Source of the DNA: Tubiluchus corallicola
Taxonomy: Eukaryota > Animalia > Priapulida
Reading direction: 5' to 3'
Length of the DNA: 64,000 bases
NCBI GenBank assembly: GCA_030141605.1
Contig: JAQGDQ010000063.1
Span: 1 to 64,000, forward strand
The notes beneath the pieces were generated by a model. It had not been told where the DNA came from. It searched no databases and worked only from the letters and a program-made list of their open reading frames with translations. Positions 54,901 through 63,900 of this stretch are shown one piece after another. The translations under genes were made by a program, and so were the position numbers. How positions within the stretch are numbered: the first letter of the stretch is position 1; every line of letters begins with the position of its first letter.

Positions 54901-57900
54901 GCTTTTTTTCATGATTTGTGTAAATTACTGACATTGACAAACTACAGTCTTTCTAACAAACACTAGGTCTACATATGTATTTTCATAGAAAGCTTTTTAA
55001 TAAAACTAACTTGACAGTCTTCAAACATTTTAACCTGACTAGTGCATGAAAATAACAAAGATGGTGCATTTGTTTGTTTTGTTTTCAGTTTTATTGTTTA
55101 CTAACATCCTATTGGATGAGCTGGTAGACTCTGAAGGGTGTAATCACTAATATACAAACAAAACTTAATTGCATCCTTTACTTGAACATGTCTTTTTAAA
55201 CTCATATTCTTAAATAGGTGTTGTTTCTCTTTACTGTTAACAACATTAACAAATTTTGTACATCATTAATTATCATGGTATTTTGTTGGTATATTGATTT
55301 ACACATACGTATACTAGCGATTAATAAAATAAAACAAGTTTTGATAATAGAAACTGTTATTTGTCTGTTCTAACTTTTCCTTGTTTAACAAGTTAGCATT
55401 ATAGTAATCTATCATCGTTTTAAATTATAAATTGAAAGTCTGACCCATTGACTAACTGATTGACCAACTGCTTGACGTGCGCCTGCTGCAGTAAACGATA
55501 AACGATAATTTAAATGTTGTTTACGTTGACTGTGATCTTTATAACTGAGTGTTAGATTAAGTGACATTACAAGAATATGTTGAGTAGTCAAGTAAGGCTG
55601 CCTGCATACAATTAAACCACTTTTCATACTCAGATACTCACTTTGACTACAGGAAATGACTTTGAACAAATCCGTTTTACTTTTTAATATATCTTACAAA
55701 GCTGTTTGTAGGCCTATAATGTCTTAGAGGAATTTTCAATGTCAATTAGTGTTCTTTTGCTACGGTTTATTAGTTGTTCAGTCTATTCTCCTGTTCCAAT
55801 TAATTCTGATTTTTGCCAATCCTTCAAGTTGTTTTCTTACTAGTATATTTATTTAGCTATTTCATTTCACTTATTTTAAACGTTTATTTATTTATTTTTT
55901 GTTTGTTTAGCATTTTGTTGGCCACGGTATTTCCTCAGCCATTGGCATGAATATTTGATCTTTGCTGTGGTTTTTGCTATAACGAAGACATTGTTACATC
56001 TTAATAATAACGTAATTGGTCTTTAAAAGCTCAAAACTGCCTGTCTTTATGATTCTTGGGTGCAAAAAACTAATGGAATCAGTGTCCATTATGAAACAAT
56101 TATTAGATAATTCTTTATTTTGAGCTTATAAAGATTATATCTCTCATGTCACTTCATCTGTGTTGCACTCAACTGTTTTATGAAACACTTACAAGGCTGA
56201 CGGTGAAAGGCGACCCCCACCCATGCGAGCTATTACACCTCCTCCCGAGGGACTGCAACCAACAATGGTGGGTGACGACGATCAGCAAACGCCCGAAAAG
56301 GTTTGTGCAAGATTGAATGATCGCTGCAAATGCATGATGTTAGTTCGAGAATATGCTTTTTAATTAGAGTGCTGTGAACAGAAATTCATTTTAATCACAT
56401 GCATCATTTCATATGCTGGCACATTAATAGGATGAGAGAGAGAGAGGGGTTAGAGAGCATGAGAGAGAATTGGGTGAAAATATCTTGCCTCCAACTGGAT
56501 AAATTGCAAGTCACATAACCAGTTTATTGTCATCCAAATATGGATACCTAAAGTGCGACAGTTTGTGACCTTGTATGAATGGTTCAAAGTCAAAAGTCGA
56601 CAAGCTTAAAACGGTTCCAGGTCACAGATTTGCTGAAAACAGCCTCACTCATTAGTCGGAACTGCTACAGGTTTACCAACGTTGAACTGCGCCATCTATA
56701 CGTTCCAACATTACTGGTTTATTATGAGTAAGGAAGGTTGTATAGCAATGAAGCTTGGTTCAAATTTAACAAACTTTAGACATTTTGCAACAAAACACGA
56801 AATATAATGAGATCGTTTCAAAAAAAGAGAAGAAATTTCGTACTCGTTTTTTTTAATTAATGGAGTTTCAAAAATCCTAAAAGATTATAATTTTAATACA
56901 GCCTGTTGTATTGCATAAATCACATTTTCGCTGATCACAGTATTCAGTATTTATATAACAGTTAATGTCAACCAAACCACTGTATTAAAATGCATGAGAT
57001 AAGTGACTAAAAATATTGTTAATACGTTGAAGCACTTAAATTTTTGTTTGCTTGTTAATATTTGAGTGATTCATATTAAAACAATATTAACGTGTTTTTA
57101 CAATAACTGAGTGATATGTATGAGTATCATGCTACATACTCGCCACTAATTCAACCTAAGTCCTTTATCCATTATACCCTGTTTCATTTTATACCAAAAT
57201 GATAGTCACAACTTCAAATCCTCGGTATGTCATGGTCTCACCAAACTAGACAAAAGTACCAGTAGACATTGAAATTGGTACGTCGCGCTTCTCGTCCAAT
57301 GTAAACTCAAACCTGACGGTTACCAGGTTATCGCTCAATACGAACATATGAATAGACTCCTAAATAATTGATCTATCCGCCTATTGTGCTGAAATGCACA
57401 CCCAGGTATTTTTGAGAGCGTCTCACCATAATTTAGTCGCAAAATCTTAACTCAGCCGCACCAGGTTTTTCGTTCTTCATTTTACACCACAATCAACTTT
57501 GCACGATTCTTAACTAAATGACTGCCTGTTCCTGATGAAATATGAACAACCTTGTCAAGTGTGAAAGAATACAATCTATAGTTGTATAATAGATTAATTG
57601 TCTCCAATTACATTTCATATAAAAGAGACACACATCAGACTTGTAATCAATTAATATAATTAAAGTTACGGTCAGTCGACCGATCAGAGTCGTCGTGACG
57701 TATAACTCATTTGTATCTTGTAGCAGTCAGCTGACTGGATGGAAATCAAAGGAACTAGAAGCAAAATAGATCAGTTTAGAAAACAACAACAAGGTGCAGA
57801 TGGGCAAAGGGCAGGACCTCCTCCCGTCAGAGCAATCACGCCACCCCCAGAAGGTGCGCAACCCAAACAAGAAGATGGTGAGGAAGAGCAGATACGGCCA

Positions 57901-60900
57901 GAAGATGACCAGGTAAGTATGAGATCTGAAGAATGTTCAATGTTGTCGTTTTTAGCTTTTTATTATTAGTTTGCGAGTAGAGGGAGGCTAATTGGTTTCA
58001 GGGCGTCCTTAATAAACGAAGGTAAAGAACATTGATCTTGATCAATCTTAAGCTGTGCTGCAGTACTGCTTCATGTGCAGTACTGCTCCTGTGTTGGAGG
58101 AGAATGCATATGTATCTAAATTTGGCTAATATACTTCTGCTGGTGCAATATCTCTATCTCGGAATATTCTTATTGAATAATAAATTAAATTCTGGTCATG
58201 CCACACACTAGCTACATTACTGCTGTTGTAAGCTAGGCCCCAGTCCCACCACACACCAGCTACATTACTGCTGTTGCAAGCTAGGCCCCAGTCCCACCAC
58301 ACACCAGCTACATTACTGCTGTTGCAAGCTAGGCCCCGGTCCCACCACACACCAGCTACATTACTGCTGTTGCAAGGTAGGCCCAGGTCCCACCACACAC
58401 CATCCACATTACTGCTGTTGCAAGCTAGACCGCGGTCCCACCATACACCAGCTACATTACTGCTGTTGCAAGCTAGGCCCCCATCCCACCACACAGCAGC
58501 TACATTACTGCTGTTTCAAGCTAGGCCCTCGTCCCTCCCACCACACAGCAGCTACATTTTTGCTGTTGCCCGGCTTGCAGTAGTACAAACACTTTCATGG
58601 AAGTCGTTGTACCATATTGTGGTTCATATAGTAAATAAGGTGAAATGGAGTTTTATAAGCGAAATTGGCGTAATGCTCAGCGGATGAATTAGCTGCAGTT
58701 TTCACAAATCTAGAAAATAAAGAACTGTTACATTTAGACAAACTAAATAAAAATACGCATGTTCAGATTTTTGGACACTCGTGTATATATTTGTCTTTAT
58801 TATTGGCAGATTGCTGCCGAGTTGCGTGCAATCAGAGAAGCCAGAGCCAAACAACAGAAACTCTTTGAGCAGGCAGAGCAGCAAGACGTGCCACAAACAG
58901 ATGAAGAAATGCTTGCCGAACTAGAACTGATACGCTCATCTACCGCATCCGTTAGAGAGAAATTTAGGACGCTAGAAAGGAATCCACAAGATAAAAAGGT
59001 GAGTTGAAATACTCCTTATAATGCGATTGCTCTTAGTTAATTTTTTTCTCATTATTGTCACAGTAACTCTTAAGGCTCTGACACGCCTATGATTAAATCG
59101 ACACAGTTCCAACAAAAGTATCAGTGCTGCAAACATTTTAAAAACCTTTTCGTTTGACCACGGCTTGTTTGTCACCTATGCCACGCGCGTGATTTTAATC
59201 AAATAAAATTGAAGTCATTCTAAGTTCACATTTTCGATTGACATTTTAGTGCCTTCACAAAAAGTTGGGCAAGTCGACCATAAACTCTTAACTTGAGTCA
59301 CTTGACTGTGTCAATGCAGGCAGAATTGCTTCCCGAGCGATAACAGTAGATGAATGTTCAGAATGCTGAAAGCGAACCGTTCACATTGAGAACAACAATT
59401 ATTAACCGACGAAGACTTTTTAGGCAGTTTTAAAACAAATAACATTCCTGACCTAAAATCGCAAAATTCTGAGTTCGAATCCTGGTTCGGCAAAAATTCT
59501 TGGTCAGCACCATTTCTTTCAATAAACCATCAGGCTAGCTATTATTATAAGAGTATGTCATCTTTCTTTTCTTAACGTGTCAGTTCGTTGGACGTGCCTT
59601 AAAATTTGCTATTAAGGTTATATGTTATTATTCGCAGTGTTGCTGCCATCGTGTTGATTGTAACGATGTAGTTTCGAAAAGATGCTGAAATTGATCTGCT
59701 GACTAACTGTATCATAACTGCTTCAGGTGTTACATTAATATCTACAATATTAAAGTATATCAGTAAAATACGTACAATAATAAACCAGACAGATTAAAAT
59801 GGATACGAGAGAGACACGAAGAGTTAACTTACTACTTACATGTGTTTTGATGTTTATCAGTTGCTACAAGTCACAGAGCATTTTTTTGTTTCTATTATTC
59901 TCTTTGCTGAAATTCTCAAAGATGTCTCAACCTATCCCAGCTTGCTTTCCCCATCTTAAACCCTATATATATATATATGTATGTCTGGTGTTAACGCTTA
60001 GTTCCTGCGCATGCAGGTTGAAACAACAGCGTCAACAGCAGCAGCTGAACTTGAAGAACTACGAGCTGTAGCTGCTAGTGGCAGAGAACGGTTCAAACAA
60101 TTAGAACTGATGGTAACGTTTTGTAACCTTCTGTTAACAATTACACGTGATGTGACCAGCTAACTGTTGCTGTAACCAGCTAACTGTTGCTGTAACCACA
60201 CAACTGTTACTGTAACCAGGTAACTGTTGCTGTAACCAGCTAATTGTTGCTAACAGAATGATGTTAGGATTATACAAGATTAGCTAATACGACTGTCCAA
60301 GCCTAGATCTAAGATTTGACTTGCCCTTCTGCTAATGTTATATTGAGACGATTAATGAAAAATCCTACAATTAAGAAAAAGAGAAGGCAAAAGTCAAAAC
60401 AATCTTGTGCAGTTGTGCTATGCTCGTGCGTTATCAGTTTCTCTTAATTCTCACATTATAAGTGTAAGTGGCATAATGTTGGATTAAAAGCGATAGGCAT
60501 AGTAGTTTATCTTTAAATGAATTTGACATCCTTCAATTTTTAATCTGTTGCAAAAAAGAGGAAAACACAGTTTATAGTTTATTATTAGGACTAGTTTCAA
60601 ATACCACAGTGCAAGTTTACAAAACAGTTACAACTTCAACAAAGAAAATAAATTCACCTTACGAAGCCTAAACAACACACAAAGGCAATCAGCAATATAT
60701 TTTCCAAATTTGCTAATGTTAATAACGATGATGGAAAATAAAAAAGTAGAAATGCAACACGAAGACAAAAAGCTAGAAAACAAAACGTTTGTTTTCCGTT
60801 TTGCCAGATGTAAAAGATTTGTGTGCCATAATAATTTCTAATAAAACAAACATAAAAGCCACTTATGAGTTCCGTGAGGAGAATCAGTTAAGCCCTAAAA

Positions 60901-63900
60901 CTTTGTGAAGCATGCCAACTGCTGTTGATACGTGTTTATTTGCAGTTGCGTTTGTGTTGCTAAACATGTTTGTTTATTTATGTTACTTGATTTTTTTATA
61001 ATAATTGACTATTGTGCTCAATTCAACTTAAGGGACTTTGCGAATCAAAAATTGTAATATTCAATGAAATAGGATATCATAGTAATGTTGATGATGCACT
61101 GTGTGATCAAACAACTAATAGTTAACAACATCTACAATAACCACGTTAATTTTGCATTTGCTTAATTGGTTTTCAAAAAACAGGCATCAGAAAGAATGAC
61201 GATAGAATTAGTAGTGAACTAGTAGACTATCTGTAGCCACCAGAGAGCATGTTAGTGGCTCGGAGTGTGAAATAAGCGAAAACGTGCAGTAGAAACAACG
61301 CTCATTTTCAATTTTTAAAGCAACAGTTAAATTCCAATAAAATTTTTCGCGAGTTTAATAATTATTAAGTTTGTACCGCCTTCACACCCACGGTAAATTT
61401 TACTGAGCTGATGTAATGTTCATCATTCTAATTTAATCTGAATTTATTAAATAGGATGTACAATTTTACATATACGCAAACTGTATTAAACAATAATGCT
61501 GTTCTAATGTTTGTTTGGCATAAATTGTTAATATAATATAAGTATAGAGTGCTCATCAATCACCCTGTTCAACCACTTAGTCAGACAGAATTATTTGATA
61601 TCTGAAACATTTGTTATCTTTTCTTTTTTTTGGAAGGGGGAACCCGATATAACAAAAATGCCATTACAATTAGAAAACTCTTTTCAGGAAGGTGACGTAG
61701 ATGAAAAGAAACCGCCACCTGTCAGAGCTATCACGCCACCTCCAGAAGGTTCACAGCCAACAATGGTGCAAGAAGAGGTAGAGATTCGTCATGAAGAAGA
61801 CGAGTATCAGAAAGAATTGGCTCAGCTCCGGGGAACTAAAGACCGGGGATTAGCTAAGTGAGTGGATTTCTTTGAAACTAACAAGAGCTGCAATAAAAGC
61901 TGTAAAATGTTTAAGAAAAGTTAAGAAGGAATAATATTTTAAACATTTCTGCTTTTCAAGTTGGGAGCTGTCAGGATTTGATTCGCAGAAGTAATTTAAA
62001 TGTGTGTAAAAATAACAAACAAAAGTTAAGTTAACAATTTGTGTTCCTTAAACAAATTTGCACTTCTTCCAGCCCAATTTATTTAATGAAGTGTCACAGT
62101 TTTTCTCTGGTTTAAAAGACCACTAAAAATTTACATGACTGAAAGTGATGATGTCTAAAACAATTATTACTGTAATTTTCAGATTTAAGAATTTGGAAAC
62201 ACAGAAAGAAGATGTAAAGGATGGGCCCCCACCAGTGCGTGCTATCACCCCACCACCAGAAGGTGCTCAACCAAAAGAAGTAAACAATTTATTTGATCTA
62301 ATTTACTCATGTGTTGCCCGATTTTAGCTTTTGAATTCTAAAGCCGTATTATTTCCGTTTTTTTATTATTCATATGCCTGGTGTGCCACATGTTCTTATA
62401 CAAGTTTAACCCTTCTGGGCATGAATAAATTGTGTACTAAGTTCACTTATGTGACAAATGAGATTCACATTGTTTTAGGACACTGCAGACGATGATGCTG
62501 AAATAACTAGAGATCCCAATGTTGTTCGAAGTGATGTAAACTTGGATTGGGATGAAGGACTTCCAGATATTGACCATGCCAAAAAACTGAAGACTATGTT
62601 TGAAAATAAAAAAGAAGAAAAACCAGTTGAAAAACCAAAGCACAAACCAAAACGATTTACAGTAAGTAGTAAACAGTAACAATATTTGCTGTTTGGGACT
62701 AATTTGGAAAATACTGAACATAAGCACAAAATGCTGCTATGAATGTTAGGTTAATCAATTTTTTACATGGCTAACCAATAATCTTCAGTTTAAAGCTGAA
62801 CATTCCAGAACATCAGGGCATCCAGTTTGATTTTTTGCAAGTTTAAATTTCTTTACTCCTAACTGAGTATAATTAATCGACATGTTAGAAGGTGCTGAAT
62901 GCATTAACTTAGTCATGGGAAATGCGTGGGTGCATTGCCAAGGAATAAAGCAATTAATATGGTAATAGAGCAGTTTGTAATGGTATTAACAAGTATACAA
63001 AACCTTTAAAGAGAAATTTCTCAATACTGTATCATAATAATGCACTTTGCTCCAGAGTTGTACTAAAATATCATTGATCATTATCCTGTTTTATTGTCAT
63101 GTCTGGTGTTGATGCAGAGGTACAGCAAGGGAACTGTCACGTATTTTTGCTGTTGATACTGTTAAAATAGTTTTAATTAGCACCACTCATCACCGTTTAT
63201 ATTCTGTAAAAAAGGATGAAGATCGTGATGAAGACACCAGCTTAGATCTTTCAAGAGCAGATAGTTCACCTGAATCTGATTTTGAAAATAATGTAGATGA
63301 AGCTACGATAACCACAGTGAAAGTGACAGAACACTCAATTGATGTGCATCAAATACCTTCCAGTGATGAATTTGTGGATGGCAGTGATTATGAAATCAGT
63401 CATAAGCAGTTGTCCAGTATGCTAATGCCAGTGCCACAAAATAAGAACACCCAAGAGGAATTAAATTTAAATTATGATAACAATGTTAGGGAAGAGTCTA
63501 AAATTCAAGAGAAATTTGATACAGTACATATTGATGTTGAACGTGATGAATTCATTGTGCAAACTGATGCCAGAAAATTAGATTCCAAAGACAGCAATGA
63601 AGAGTTAGACATGCATCAACCATCATGTAAAACTGCAATAATTTTTGAAGATTATATTGCTGGAAATGAGACTGAATTTAAAGATGAAACAGTTAATTAT
63701 CAGAATAATTCGACGATTGTCCAAGATAAATTATTTGGAACAGAAATGATGGCAGTTACAAATCAGAAAGTTTTAAATATCTGTTTTGAATGTTACGAGT
63801 ACCCTAATGAGGTATTACTCAATGCTAGTGAATTTGACTCTGCTTTCGCTGACCATCAAGTCTTTACCACACATGAACAGGAAACCAATTTGAACTCTGA

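Noticed and set aside
58126-58687. 122-aa and 137-aa repetitive ORFs; CRISPR-like look of the array
   Set aside because: Head-to-tail 48-bp units with no unique spacers and no cas genes; the ORFs arise because the unit is a multiple of 3, and they sit in an intron.
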